The notes beneath the pieces are model-generated. The model was not told where the DNA came from. It saw only the letters and a program-made list of their open reading frames with translations, and did not search any database. Positions 31,040 to 44,200 of a stretch of DNA of 64,000 nt are shown piece after piece; positions within the stretch are counted from its first letter, which is position 1, and each line of letters begins with the position of its first letter. Source of the stretch: Psammoneis japonica (taxonomy: Eukaryota); assembly GCA_008632985.1 (NCBI GenBank), contig QPGO01000134.1, forward strand, positions 124,001 to 188,000, given 5' to 3'. A program made the position numbers and the translations under genes.

Positions 31040-34000
31040 GGGCTCCTGAGGTCCCAGCCTGGACGAGGAGGATGCAGCATTTTCCTCTCTGTCTAGTCTA
31101 GTGTGATCCAGCTTTTGATTCCAAATTGCTTGACACAATGCCCACCATTGGCCTGCTTTTGGGCCAATGCAGCTCCCTTCACTGTGAAATTAAAAAAAAC
31201 CCTGCGAAGGGTGGAACATGACAATCAGCACAGCCAACTGGGAGAAAATTGAAATTTGGTGGAGCAGAAGAACGAGTGACAAAGACTGGCAAACTGTGAC
31301 ACGGCATGCCATGCTCACCCAGTGACAGTCAATGACGACCCTGCCCTCCCTGTCAGCAATGTGCGGTGGGTGCACGCCCAACCACCATCCAAACGAGTGA
31401 GTTGAGAAATTTGGTGGCACAAAGGAAAGACTGGGTGTTCTTGACAAGGCAAGCCATCTTGTCCAGTGGAGAAATTGTTGACGGTGCCTGTCCCTGCATC
31501 AAAACCTGTCTGTTGGAGGCCATCAAGTCTCCTGTAGAAACTTGACACTGGGTGGAGCTTTCATGCTCAAGCATTTGCGCAACTTTGCACCACTTTCTCC
31601 AAACCGTGCGCCTCTGACCGCATTGTGCACTGCAGCACTGCACCAAAGCTGGATTGAAATGATGCGCTGCAGGGCCAAATTGAAACTGAACACAGGCAGC
31701 AAATTTGTTGCCCAAGCTGGGAAGGGGGGGCAGGGAGGGGACACTCAATGGTTCCTGTGCATCAAGGCAAAAGCACATGAGACACACTGGTTCAAGGTGT
31801 TGGGGGCAATGTCTCTGCCAGTGAGTCACACAGGAGTGAGCACATTGCAAGTCACACAAATGGCTTCCACTCATGGGGTGGCATGCTGCACCCACCTGAT
31901 GATGCTTTGGGGGGGACAAAGTGCCCCCACCTTTTTGCACATGCCACCATGGTCGAAAACACAACAGAGAGAAGCAGGAGGTTCTGTCCTTTCATTCACT
32001 GTGGGTTGCTGGTTTTTAGGATTTGCAGCAGGTGCCCCTGTTCATTCAACAGGAGCACTGTGTTGAATTTGATGAAAAACAAAAATCAGATTCTTTGCCC
32101 AAATGACAAAAGGAGCACCGCTGTGGGGACAAACAACTCGCCCCAGCTCCAAAGGCACAACCTCACACTGCTGAGCTGGCTGCAGCAATGTTGATGCTCT
32201 TTTGTCAAGCACTGTGGTGTCTTGCACACATGCATTTTTGCATGACTTTGGTGGAATTTTGTGTCATTTTGCAGCACAATTGTTGGGAGATCCACTCAAC
32301 AACTTGTGACTTTTTTGTGCAAAGAAGTTCTTTGATGTTCCAAGGGTGGCCACCAGTCACCACTTTTTTGGCTTGAATTTGGCCAAATGGTGGCTCATGT
32401 TTTGCAGATTTTTCTGCACTTTACAGAGCTTGTCTGCCATGGGACTTGCATCAAAATTGTGTGCTCCCCCTTGCATGCCAAGTGATCAACATGAGATGTG
32501 ATTGTCCCATGGCAGAAGGCTGCATTTTTGAGAAACATCATGATTGCTGTCATTGTCATTCCTTGGCTGCGGTGACGGATGTTCTTGTTTTCATGCATGG
32601 TCAGGTGCAAATGTTGACAATTTCAATCTTGCCCTCTTTGTCAGTGGTGAGCAGTGCACATGAGTTGAGAAATGGTGTGATGGCTGCTCAGAAGAAAAAC
32701 TGGACATCTTTGACAAGCCAAGCCATCTTCTCCAGCAGAGAGACATTGTTGTTGGTGTTCCTGCCACCCCTGTGTCAAAACCTGTTCATCAAAGGCAGTT
32801 GCTCAATCTGCCAGAAAAGCCAAATGTTGGAAAACCAACACTGGAGCACTGAAGCTAAAACATTTGAGCTGTTTTCTCCATGCTGAAAAACATGCAACAC
32901 CCAGGCAAGCCAAGATGATTGTGGCACACATGGTGTGACAGCAGCCAAAGGGGGCTTTTGTCATGAGTGAGAGAGTGTGCGTGCATGTCTGACATCTGCA
33001 ACCCCCCTTGGGCACAACCCATGTTGGGATTTGCACCACAACTGCAGCTGAGAAGGTGCAATGTGATCCAATGTGTGGGGCACTGGAGACATTGGCTGCA
33101 CATGGCGCATGTGGCATTTCCCAAAAGTGCTGTGGCTGACCACCAGCCATGCCCAAAGCAATGGCTGCAATGCAAAGGGCCGTCAAGTGACCACACACCT
33201 CTGTGTGGCAGAGTGTTGCAAGAGACCTTCTGTGGCAACTGTCCCAAAGGCAGCTTTTGACAGACTTGATGCCACGGTTTGCATGTGCAACACATCAAAT
33301 TCATCACATGCCCTGCTCCCCAGATCTGTGACAAAGACATTTGCTTTGTGCTCAAAACCATGTTAAGAGTGCCCTGGGAAAGGCATCAGGTGCTCTGCTT
33401 TGAACCATGCTTCTCCCAAATGTTGTGAATGCATGACAGCTTTTGTCAAGAGGACATGGCAGGTGCATGGCTCACTTTCTTTGTTTCCCTTGTGCTTGCA
33501 AGTTGACATGGCCATCCCACCATCTCTGTGACTGCCCCCTTTGTGGTGCAAAAGGCCGTCCTGCCATCTCTGTGACTGCCCCCCATTGTGGTGCGAAAGG
33601 CTGCCTCTTGCAAAGTCAAAGGTCCTGACACCTGTCCGGGGATCAAGCCATGCAAAGGTGGCAAAAATTGCTGTGGGCACCAGCAAAAGTGGGAGTTGCT
33701 GCCCTTGTTTGTCAAGGTGCATGGGCTGAAGTTTCTGGGGCTGGATGCATCATGAGGCACAACACGCTGCCAACACATGATGTTGTGGCTCTCTTCCTCC
33801 TTTGTGAGATCGGGGTGGAAGGCATTGAGACTCGAAATGTGCCTCAGTGCATTGAGTTGGGCCACAAGCTTGTCCCAAAAACTCTTTGCACTTTCCTTGT
33901 CAGTCATGTGGATGTGAATCTTGTCATTGAGAGAACAGCAGATGAAAAACCATCATTTTTCAGGGCACAGTTCTTGCCCCTCAATCAGAAAAAGTGACGT

Positions 34001-34200
34001 CGAGCTTTGTGGGGTAGCTTGGGAGTCCCATGTGATTTTACAGAGTGGATTCAGATTGTATGCAGGAATGTCAAACCTGCTGCAAAGATGCATGGTGGGA
34101 TGCGCCTGCTACAGGAGCATTGGATACAACAAAATAAGCTTCTACATGTTTGTGCATTTTCAAAATTTTCAAAGGCCACATTGGGATGCGCCTTCCTGTA
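31040..34200. other. Second decayed relic island (TpA- and CpG-depleted)
   Basis: Near absence of TA and CG with excess TG/CA; Tyr-free, Cys/His-rich ORFs in all frames; internal tandem repeat of about 44 bp at 33520-33605. Confidence 0.65.
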
Positions 34201-34227
34201 CAAAATAACTCAGAACCTCCATGTCAT

Positions 34228-35196
34228 TTAATAGGATGAAGGAATTTCATGCCTGGCTTTGGCAAGTCTTGTATCATATGAGTCTGTTTTCATGAGCTTA
34301 TCAATGCGGTTGGGTCCCATGTTGAGGTGGTGAGCAGGAGAAATGTGATGCTTGATGTGATATTCCTTGCAACCTTTTAGCCACCCCTGGAGTGGAACTC
34401 TTGAATGACAAATGCAGTGCATGAAACTATAGATAATAGCGCATGCCTCATACGTTGCAAACGAAGTTGCAACTGTCGTGTCGGGGGCTCCAAGCAGACC
34501 GACAGACAGCCCAGAAATTCCCAAAACGACCAAGAACCAAACAACCGTCATCCTCATTGGTTCCACTGCAACGTGATAGTAGGGCAAGTCATGGTGCCAA
34601 TCATGGCTCCTGAACAAGCTTTGTGCCCTGTAATCATGGTTCCCATGAAACCAACGAGAATGAATTGCCCATTCCTGAGCCTCCCACAAGATTCTTGTTA
34701 CGATGACTGCAAAGAGGTCCTCCAATCCCAAAGGGGAACCAGACAGACAGAGGCGATAGCAGCACGTACTCAAAAATGTCATGGCGATGAATCCTCCCGA
34801 CCCATGGGTGAGGTATACTTTCGTGAGGCCAGCCATTGTCTTTGGGGGATCAAAACTGACATTGGCGCTGGTCTCCAGTAGGGAAAGAATCTCTGGGTCT
34901 TCCTCTTGTACTGACTGTACGGAGAACAACCCTCCTCTGCTGGGATACTTCTCTTGGATTTTGATGGCGACCTGTTCCATGCGAGTACGGAGCAATTCGG
35001 CCGTCATGCCAGATCCTGTTGTGCTCTCCTCGACAACAACGGAGGATGACGACAATGGCAGAATGCCAGCCCCGGAGCCAAACTTGACGTAAGACAGAGC
35101 GGGACCGAGAATTCTCGATGGGGGAGCGAAACCGGTTGCCAACGTGGTCGCCAGTGCAATGATCGCGAAGACTGGGGTAGGAGCGAATAGATTCAT
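34228..35196 (-). CDS. Plastid-targeted fatty acid hydroxylase / sterol desaturase superfamily protein
   Basis: Signal peptide with ATG-FAP cleavage motif; histidine boxes EWAIHSRWFH, HDWHH, HCICH and HIKHH; transmembrane segments. Confidence 0.75.
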   Translation of the reverse strand: MNLFAPTPVFAIIALATTLATGFAPPSRILGPALSYVKFGSGAGILPLSSSSVVVEESTTGSGMTAELLRTRMEQVAIKIQEKYPSRGGLFSVQSVQEEDPEILSLLETSANVSFDPPKTMAGLTKVYLTHGSGGFIAMTFLSTCCYRLCLSGSPLGLEDLFAVIVTRILWEAQEWAIHSRWFHGNHDYRAQSLFRSHDWHHDLPYYHVAVEPMRMTVVWFLVVLGISGLSVGLLGAPDTTVATSFATYEACAIIYSFMHCICHSRVPLQGWLKGCKEYHIKHHISPAHHLNMGPNRIDKLMKTDSYDTRLAKARHEIPSSY

Positions 35197-35617
35197 GCTG
35201 TAAATCTTTGTGTACGCATTGTGAGATGGGCTGATGTCGCGACCAGCTCCAAACATTCGCAACATGATGGGAGGTCACCCGAAAAAACTGTATGCAGCAT
35301 ACATGCGGAGCGCGGAGCGATAAGGTCGTATCGCGCGTACTAACAATTCTACCGGCACTGCTGCACGTACGAATATCGCCACAAAGAAGACAAGCCCCAG
35401 GAGATTTTTAACTCGAAAAACCGGTCGGTAGGACGACTCTACAGTTCGGAAATCCAAACAATGGATGTGATGTACTTTAGTCCAACAAATGGGATACCAC
35501 GGATTGTAGAGAGTCAGAGGGAGTCTTGCGATACTGTAGCTATACCGAGGAAGAACAGAATCATAGGAACGCTGTTGTTGACTCGCTAGCACTGTCCAAA
35601 GTTTCGGTGCCTTATTA

Positions 35618-37932
35618 TCATTGATGCAATTCTGCCTTGGTACCAGCATCGGCCGACACGCCTTGTTCAAAGGAAACTTTACACTTCCCAGCCTTTCCAA
35701 AAGGCCCAGCAATGACGCCTTCTTCCTTTGTAGAAGGCAGCACAACTTTCATTCCCTTCTTTTCGCGAATGTCAATCTCTGGAGTAAAGAAGCCACTTAC
35801 AATAGCCAAAGGGTGCTTGCCATTGCCAAGCACATCTCCTTTTAAGAGTGTGACCTCACCAGAGGCTATGACAGAAGATGCTTGATCTTCAGGTGTGGTA
35901 GTGGCTGCTTCTTTGGGACCGCCCTTCTTCTTTCCTTTTTCCTTATCCAACCGAGTGCCAGACCGTGCAGGTGGGAGCTCTATATCCTGATGCATTGCCT
36001 TTTCTGGATCGTTCGCATACCGCTTGAACTTAAGCAAGAGCGCATCCCCTTCTCGAGCCTGCGTTCCTGCCGGAAAGAAGACTCGAAACTTGCCAGTAGT
36101 GCCAAAGGAACTCTTAATGACGCCCACATCGCCCTGGGTCGTTACAAGCTTCATGCCAACAAAGAGCTTCATATTGGTTTCCTTTTTGAACAAGTCGCTT
36201 CCAAACACTTCGTATCGAACAATCTTTTGATCGTCTTCTCGCTTGTGGGCATCGCCCAAGCGCTTGATTACGCCGCGTCGTTCCTTGGGCGTGTACAATC
36301 GGACACGAGCCATGTCCTTGGCGGGATCCATTTTTTCCACCAGACGACCCGAAAAAGCCAACCGGCAAGAGGATGCATTGGTGTTATTTTTGTTTTCCAC
36401 AGTGTCCAATCGTGATCCAATCACGAGACTCTCCAGAGGACAATAGACCGGCGTTTGGAAGTCCAAAAGCGCCCAGTGGAGTAGCGGTTCAGTCTTACCG
36501 CTTTTTCTGTTGTTTTTTGTTTCCAAACTTTCCAGCAATTCATCTTGTTGCAAAAAGTCTTGACCAAAGTCAAAGTCAAGGCGAGGCAATCCAGCCATGT
36601 CGGCGTCGCCTCCCAAGGACGAGTGACCTCGGAGCTGCTCACTCTTCTTCGTCGACGGAGAGGACGACTCCACGGTGCTTTCTGTAACTCCGTTCCGAGT
36701 GCGTTCCGCCAATTCTTGGGCACCCCAAAATGTTACTGTCGCCATGATTGTCGTATGTCCTACGCTGATATGAAACTTGGCACCACAATGCAAGGTCCCA
36801 TGATAATACGGTACCTTTCTCACCAAGGCCAAGCATCCCTTTAACAAGTGCACGGCTCCCGGAGACGCCGCGACACCACGTTCCAAGAGCTTGGAATCAA
36901 AATTGGCAACGCAAATGCCTGCACGATCACCCTGTGAAATGGCCGTCACCTTGCGACGAAACATTTGCATGGACTTGATTTTGCGTTCCAAACCCAACGT
37001 GGGGAACTCCAGCATTTGATTGACGGCGGTCGATCCGTTTAATACCGTGCCAGTCAAGACGGTTCCCTGACCACGAATGGGAAAACAGTGATCAATGGAA
37101 AAGTAAAATGGGCCTGGACAGCGACAAGGCCGAAAAAGTGAGCGCCCGGGCTATCGAATGTCAAGACGACATGATTCAATAATCATCTCTTACCGTCCCG
37201 TGTTCGCTTTGGTGGTGGCAGTTCTTGTTGCAAGACATTCACTAGCGTATCAACATTATAAGTCTCGTTTGGACCACTTGATGTTGTAGTGGACGTTGCA
37301 GCGCCTGCTGAATCACTCCCCACAGCCGCCACCTTTTCTCCTCCGACACATGCCGAAACTCCCACCAGCTTTGCGTCGGCAAATCTAGTTTGGCTTAATC
37401 GCTCTCGTACATCCCGCTTTGCCTGTTCCAATCGTTCCTCCCGCTCCTCTGGTTCAAACATGTCAATCTTGTTGAGTGCAACTACCAAATGAGGACTTGT
37501 AAGTTCTGCCAATACCAAACACTCGGTCGTTTGCGCTTGCCAGCCCTTGTAGGCATCCACTACGAGCAACACCATGTCTATAATTTGAGCTCCACCAATT
37601 ATCGTTCGAATCAAACTTGCATGGCCCGGACAATCCACCAGGGTCATTTGCAACTTTTCGTGCTTGGCAAAAAAATCATCGTCACTTTGTTTAATGTGCT
37701 GTGGCATGTCGAGGAAAAAGCACGAAAATCCCAAATCCAACGTCATGCCTCGTTGACGACTCTGTTTGGACTTGTCGAGTGCTGCTGTCGATAAATAGGT
37801 ACTTAGAGTCTTGACGAGTGACGTTTTGCCCGAATCGACATGGCCCAAGACACCGACATTGACGTTGAGAATGGTCGATGGATCCAGTTGGGTTGGATCG
37901 TCAGCAGCAGAGGATGATTCTGTGGGCGCCAT
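35618..37932 (-). CDS. EEFSEC: Selenocysteine-specific elongation factor (intron 37114-37193)
   Basis: NVGVLGHVDSGKTSL, RGMTLDLGFS, VDCPGHASLIRTIIGGAQIID, NKID; spliced FSIDHCFPIRGQGTVLTGT; CRLAFSGR; FGTTGKFRV. Confidence 0.95.
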
Positions 37933-38316
37933 ATTTTGTTCTTTGAATTTTTGCCCTTTCAAAAGGTTATCAAAAGAAACAAAATCTACCCTATGACTCC
38001 TCTCTGATGAGAATGCAAGAGTAATGGGTATTTGGTAGAAGCTATAGATGATGAGCAACGGTTACATACACACAGCGTCCAGAGTTGTTGTGCTTATTCG
38101 GCCGCCGTGTGTCAGTCGCACCGCACGACGCGCAGTTCGCACCCGCACTAGGGCCTACGAACTCCGTGCGACAAGACAACAACGAAGATACCATAGGTCT
38201 ACACGGTAAAGGATGAGAAGAACATGCTATTGCGCTGCACTCCCGAAATGGTCTTGTTCTATTACTGTCCCTAAACTACACATTATTGTCCCTACTAGAG
38301 TATACTTGGCTCCACA

Positions 38317-40278
38317 TTACTCGTCATCGTGCATTCGTCGTGGTAAAATAGCAGGCAGGGCCGTCCAGGAGATGCCATGGTGAGAGGCAAGGGCAACGAA
38401 AATCGGGGCCAGGCGGATCAGCTCTAGGGCCAGCCCAATCTCCTCCTCAATACCCGCATAGTCAAGAATCATGTCGGCCACTCCGGAAGTGAGTTTCTGC
38501 TGCACCATCCACTTCTTCATTAAGATGCGATAGCTCAGCACATTGTCTGCATGATTCTTCTCATTCAACAAACGGACAGTTCCCCCAAACGTGCCAACAA
38601 CCCCTCCTTGGTCCTTTTCAATCTGCTCCTTTACGCCGGATACAACTGCCAGAAGCCGAGGTACCCAAATGGCAGGTAGCTCGGAAATGTGAAATCCCGG
38701 TGACTGAATGGCAGCTACAACAATGCCAGAATCCTCTTGTTGACCCGGCAAAACATGTGCAAGTGAACCACCCGGACTCTGGACCACCGCCATGGCAATT
38801 TCTCGTGTGCCCTTGAGACGATCCGAAGCGTACTTGACAGCCTGCCCATTGTTCTTGAGAGCTGCCAAGACTATATCAAAATTGTCACGCAGAGCTTCCG
38901 ATGCAAACTCGAGGACCGCACCACACGTTTGGACAGCAGCCAAGACAATTTCATGATTGGCACGCAGAGCTTCCGATGCAAACTCGAGGGCGGAACCACA
39001 CGTTTGGACTGCAGCCAAGACAATTTCGGAATTGGAACGCAACCCTTCCGGCGCAAAAGACAATTCGGGCTTGCCAACGTGATAGTCTTCGTCGAAATCA
39101 CTAAGCGCAGCAGAAGCTCTCATGCGTCCATCGTGGAGCTGGACGGCAGCCAAGACAAAGCCGTAATCCGACTTCAAGCGCTGATAGACATGGCGCAAGC
39201 TAAAGTCCTCGCGTTCAAGCACACATTGGGTAACTTCTGGGTCAGGCCAGAATGACGACTCAGGCCGAAGCACTCTGTGCAACAAAATATAGAAGTTTCT
39301 TCCCGGCGGAGCATTGCGCAACCCTGTCAAGACAAACTCACGGTCAGCCTTCAGGTCATCTCCCACACAATGCCAGCAATGAGGACCCTGTTTGATTGCG
39401 GCCAAGGCAATTTCAGGATCGGATTTGTAAGCATCATCTGCACAGGCAAGACAGTCTCCTTTGACTTGAACCAGCGCAAGAAGCAGATCTCGTCCAACAT
39501 ATTTGACGACATAATCATTTTTTGCCACAAGGCGTAACACACAGTCTGTATTCTTTTTTATTGCGTCAGATGCAAAGCAAAAATACTCGGGGTCATAGTC
39601 GACGGCCACTTCCACGACTTCTATATCGTCCCTGAGACGGTCCGAGGCATGCTCGAGAGAAAAGTAGGACCGTTTCAAAGCCATGATGACAAGCTCCTTG
39701 TCGTCCCGGAGTTTTTTGGACGCAATCAGGAGCGGGTACCCTTCTTTATGCATTGACAATTTGACCATCTCCTTGTCGCCGCGCCAGCGTCTGGAAGCGA
39801 ATTTCAGCGAGCGACCATTTTGTTGCAACGCAGCTTTGACAATAGTTTTATTGTCCTTGAGATGTTTTGGGGCATTGGCAAGTTGGCTGCCATCACACAT
39901 GACGGCTGCATAAACAATGAAAATATCAGTGATGCCTTCTTCCCGGAGAAAGTTAGGCGATTCTTTTAGACGGCTGCAGATGGTTTGAACAAAGTCATAA
40001 AACGGTTTTTTGTTCCCTTTTTTGATTTCCTCCAACATTGTGTTGTACTTTTCGGTGGTGGCCGTATTGCTTTTCTTGTCGTTCGTGGCATCATCATTGT
40101 CGTCCGCAACAGCGCCCTCCTCGCTGTTTGATTTTGCTGCTACCGTTGCAAGTCGCATCTTTTTAGCCGGAGGCTGACTGCTGCTGCTGCTCTTGTCGTC
40201 GTCGTTCTCATCTTTGGCTGCTGGTGCCACAACAGTTGATGGCTTTCGTTTTTCTGATGCTGCAGCTTCGGACATCAT
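38317..40278 (-). CDS. DUF4116 repeat-containing protein
   Basis: Repeated EIVLAAVQ..G.ALEFASEALR.N units, including near-identical 75-bp DNA repeats at about 38860-39050. Confidence 0.85.
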   Translation of the reverse strand: MMSEAAASEKRKPSTVVAPAAKDENDDDKSSSSSQPPAKKMRLATVAAKSNSEEGAVADDNDDATNDKKSNTATTEKYNTMLEEIKKGNKKPFYDFVQTICSRLKESPNFLREEGITDIFIVYAAVMCDGSQLANAPKHLKDNKTIVKAALQQNGRSLKFASRRWRGDKEMVKLSMHKEGYPLLIASKKLRDDKELVIMALKRSYFSLEHASDRLRDDIEVVEVAVDYDPEYFCFASDAIKKNTDCVLRLVAKNDYVVKYVGRDLLLALVQVKGDCLACADDAYKSDPEIALAAIKQGPHCWHCVGDDLKADREFVLTGLRNAPPGRNFYILLHRVLRPESSFWPDPEVTQCVLEREDFSLRHVYQRLKSDYGFVLAAVQLHDGRMRASAALSDFDEDYHVGKPELSFAPEGLRSNSEIVLAAVQTCGSALEFASEALRANHEIVLAAVQTCGAVLEFASEALRDNFDIVLAALKNNGQAVKYASDRLKGTREIAMAVVQSPGGSLAHVLPGQQEDSGIVVAAIQSPGFHISELPAIWVPRLLAVVSGVKEQIEKDQGGVVGTFGGTVRLLNEKNHADNVLSYRILMKKWMVQQKLTSGVADMILDYAGIEEEIGLALELIRLAPIFVALASHHGISWTALPAILPRRMHDDE

Positions 40279-40731
40279 ACAAGTAGCTTTCGGGGGATTG
40301 GCGGCGGCGCTATACGCTGTGGTCTATTCGTTTTAAGAAGAGAAAAAGAAGAAGCAACAGCAGGTGAGAATGGGGTCAGCGACGTATGCCCTCTTGCGTT
40401 CTTCTCGTCTTCTCGCCACATCACACTCAGCAGTGAGGTTACTTACCTTTATAAGGCGAAATGAAGCAACAAGGGGACAACTAAGCTCTACGCTACAGTA
40501 TGAGGCAGGAGAGCAGATCGTTGAAAGTCGCTGCGTGTTCACCAGTTTTGCGATGCGCGTTCTGCGAACCGCCCGCCGCCATATTATCGCGCTGTCGCTA
40601 TTGCGCAGTTTTTGACATTGGTCATCACATACTGTAGCACTTCAATGAGCTATCATAGACTCAAACCCTACTCGCTCTAGAGTAGAGAAATCAAGATGCT
40701 AGCTATTAGTACAGCATTAGTAAAAGCCACC

Positions 40732-42506
40732 TTACCTCACTTTTTTCAACTCATTTTCCTCGAGATTCAGTTGCCAATATGCCCTGGGATAAAGCTTTTC
40801 ATGCGGCAAGTGATCGGTATGGCTTGGATAGAATCGATGACTGGGCAGGTAGTGGGAGAAACTTTCGATTCTTGTTGTGTAAAGGTCGCATCCTTTAAAT
40901 AGCTCCAGGGAATACGCCGATGGATCTCCGAGGGAGCGAAAGATAGAACCAAAGTGCCGATTAAACAAATCACCTGTCTGTGCATATAACTCCATTCTGA
41001 CTTCCTCGAGAGCATCCAAAAGCTCCTGAAGCGCTGATACATTGCTGTCTCTGGGTTCAGTTTGGATGTCGTTTAGCAGAGTTTCGAGCCGAAACGCAGT
41101 CGTCAAGAACTCCTTGTACTCGGCTTTTTGCTGCACTTGGAACTCACTCTCCAACTCACGGATGATGGCCCCCGTGTACCACCCTCGTGTCCGTCTCGGC
41201 TCGACAAGGTCGGAGTGCAAATGATCACCAAAATACAACACATTCCTATCGCTCCAGTCAGCCAAATTCGAAAGGCGCTCCACACTCCCTCCCACCAAGA
41301 CTCTGTCCAGATCCGCTTCTGTCACCGGATGCCACATGGCAAAAGAGGATTCCTGCTCATGATTCAAGCATCGAAAAGGAGTATCTTGTGTAAAGAATCT
41401 CGGCTTGTCGGCCGCTGTAATGACAATGTCAAACAGATCTCGCCAATTCTCGTCGCCGACAATATAGCTCATTCCAGCGTGAACAAAGGGAAACGACGAG
41501 TTTGTGAGCAGAAACAGCTGCTTTCCGGCCTCTCGCCACGTTTGCAACAATGGCTTGAGCGCTGGATTGGCGTGTAAGAAGGCATCTGGATTGCGTGCGA
41601 CAGCGTTCCTCATGATTCCCGACACGTGCACATGAGAAATGGCCTTTTGCACGTCTTGCTGAAGTGCAAACGGATCAAAGTCAATGGCCTCGTCCAAGGC
41701 CAGTTGCACCACGTCTGACAAGAGGCATGCTTCGGAGAGACTGAACAAATCATTCACCCAGACGCAGTGTTTATCCATGTAGGGACGTGACATGTGAAGG
41801 TTGGCGCCATAGGCTCGGACAAGCTCCTCATGCGACACTCGTCGTCGTCCCAAATACGCTCGACCAATAGTGACGCGCTGAAAGAAGCTCAGCTTCAATC
41901 TATTTAAAAAGAAAAATGAAATCGTTGTGCTTGTGAAACTACATCGTCTACACACACCTGAACAAATTCGCATCATCATCCATGAAATCATAAAGATGTG
42001 TAATGTACTCACAAAATGCCGGTCCGTCGATCGAATGTGAGTCCTCGTACAGCAAAGTCCTTTTCAAACACGAGATCCGCCAGTTGTTGTGGATAACCGC
42101 CTTTTTCTACCAGATATTGTTTTGCCTCGTCATAAATAAAGTGCTGCAATGCTGTCTTATAGGACGCAATCGTGTAATCATAATCGGCGCCAATGGCGGA
42201 AATCTTGCCCATGTCTAGTTCTCGATTCGAAAAGATGAACCCAGTCGTCGGTGCCGCAGTAGTAGAACTAGTAACAGTAGACGCAGTAGGGACTACTTTT
42301 TGTTGTCGCTGTTCTCGAAAAGCCTTCTGGACCATATCAAGTACTCGAGGGGACACAGAAGTAGCTAGTCTCTCGATGGTTCCCTGATTCTTTAGAAAGG
42401 CATCAGCAGCATCCGTGGCGAAGAAACGCTGCCGAAACGACGTCGACTTGAGTGGCGGAAGACAACGAATTCCAAAGCCACTGACTGGGCGTATTACAAC
42501 AGACAT
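40732..42506 (-). CDS. HAD-family 5'-nucleotidase (NT5C2/NT5DC-like; intron 41900-42012)
   Basis: HAD motif I GADYDYT, FAVRGL, FLLTNS, ADKPRFF, VLYFGDHLHSDL, GWYTGAIIREL, FNRHFGSIFR. Confidence 0.9.
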
Positions 42507-42984
42507 TATGAAAAAAGAAACGATAGAGATTGAAGGATATACCGGTAGCAAACGATGGATGTCGAGCGGCAAAACACAAGACCTATGTCATCGCCGATCT
42601 TGAATTTGTGATTTGTGCGATGCGTCGGATGTTTTTTCATTCGGCTGTTTTTGTCACGGATGACGGGGGGACGGCGATCCAGCAACGGTTTCAAAAATTC
42701 AAAAATCGTGCAAGACTGCTCGGGCAGGAAGAATCCACCAGAAGCACTTGAAGCTGGACGACGAACCGTTCTGTTGTTCATTGTACAACTGCTGCACATT
42801 CACTACTCTTCCATGAACAGCAGAGAAGTTATTCAAGGATGTTCGGGCGATAGAGACAATGACAAGCAGAAGAAATGCACTTGCGAGACTTGCATTTCTT
42901 TGTGCAGTTGATCGTCCCACAAAACCGTTGAAAGCCTCCATAAAGCCTCCAAAAAGCTCCTCCAATACCTTGAAAGTATCAATC

Positions 42985-43484
42985 ATGGTCAAGGCTCACA
43001 TTGAACGCGTCGTGGATGTCCCCATGGACCGTAGTTGGGAGATCCTTGGAGACTTTCAACACGTCCAAAAGATCCACCCCCTGGTGGAAACTGTGGATCA
43101 GGTGACTCCCGATAAGAATCGTCAAGTTGGCGCCGTTCGGACTTGCAGCTTGTACGATGGCAACAAGGCAACCGAGCGCATTGAATCATGGGATGAGTCG
43201 AACCACATGTACAAGTTGACTGTTTTGAAAAGCACACTTCCCATGAAGTCGATCAATGTCATTTTAAAAGTCCAAGACGTCGGAGCCGGAAAGAGCAAGT
43301 TGGTGGCCGACATGGATCTCAAGGCCCGTATGGAGTGCTGGGGAAACTTATGGAGCGCTTGGTGATTAAACCTCAATTGGGAGGAGCCATTGGAAATTTG
43401 TTTGCTGGTGTCGAAAGCTACGACAAGAATGGCGTGGAAATTCAAAAGGGCTTCAAGGCAAAGACTCCGGCGTTGGTGGTTTGA
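42985..43484 (+). CDS. SRPBCC / polyketide cyclase-dehydrase family protein (frameshift near 43330)
   Basis: WEILGDF..V.KIHP.V, VGAVRTC and ERIESWDE; the shifted frame continues YGVLGKLMERLVIKPQL. Confidence 0.75.
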
Positions 43485-44200
43485 AGTAGTCAGACTGAGA
43501 CCCCGCCCCATTATGACGGACGACTTACTTGGCTCTTGGCTGGCGGTGGAATGCTGCGACAACCCTGTCTTAGCGATACTGTAAGTACTTAGTTGACATA
43601 TGCGAAGAGGACTCTTCCTACTAGCTCTGCACCGCAACTTGTGGCAAAGAACAATCTCCACAATATTCCGCATCTAGCTGGTCCCTTGTTCAATGCGCCT
43701 CTAGAAAAGCATCTAGAAGAGTGAATGAGATGATAGCATTATTTACGATATTTAGAATGGCTACAGACTTGCAGTTGTACTTTGTCGTACCCTTGCATTT
43801 GCATGTGTCTTGTTTCGTTCAGTCATGGCCATCCTATTGTGGCAACGGAGGTTGCGTCCCTCTTTAATTGATTTAGATTGTGCCCATAGCTTTTTGGTGT
43901 AGCGTCGTTCCACCAAGAGGACTGTTCCGACTATTAGCTCAGTACAACAATGTACTCCTACCGGTATGCTTTTTATGAGAAAACTTCGAAATTTCGGATA
44001 TGAAGTCGCGAGTTCGTTCATGTTCATTTTGCCTAGTAGTCTCTGAAGAAAGTGGATGAGGTGCAGATATTATCTCTATAATGGCGACAGAAGATTTGCT
44101 GGTTTTGTCGCAGGTTATTATTTTCATGCCGGGCTTGATGTTCCGTTGAGCCATGGCCGTCGAATGTTTGTACCTATCGTCTTCTAGGTTGTTCCCCTCT

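Noticed and set aside
27212..37932. Selenoprotein cluster (thioredoxin-fold genes near eEFSec)
   Set aside because: All three CxxC motifs use TGC/TGT codons, with no in-frame TGA at an active site, and I could not identify a SECIS element.
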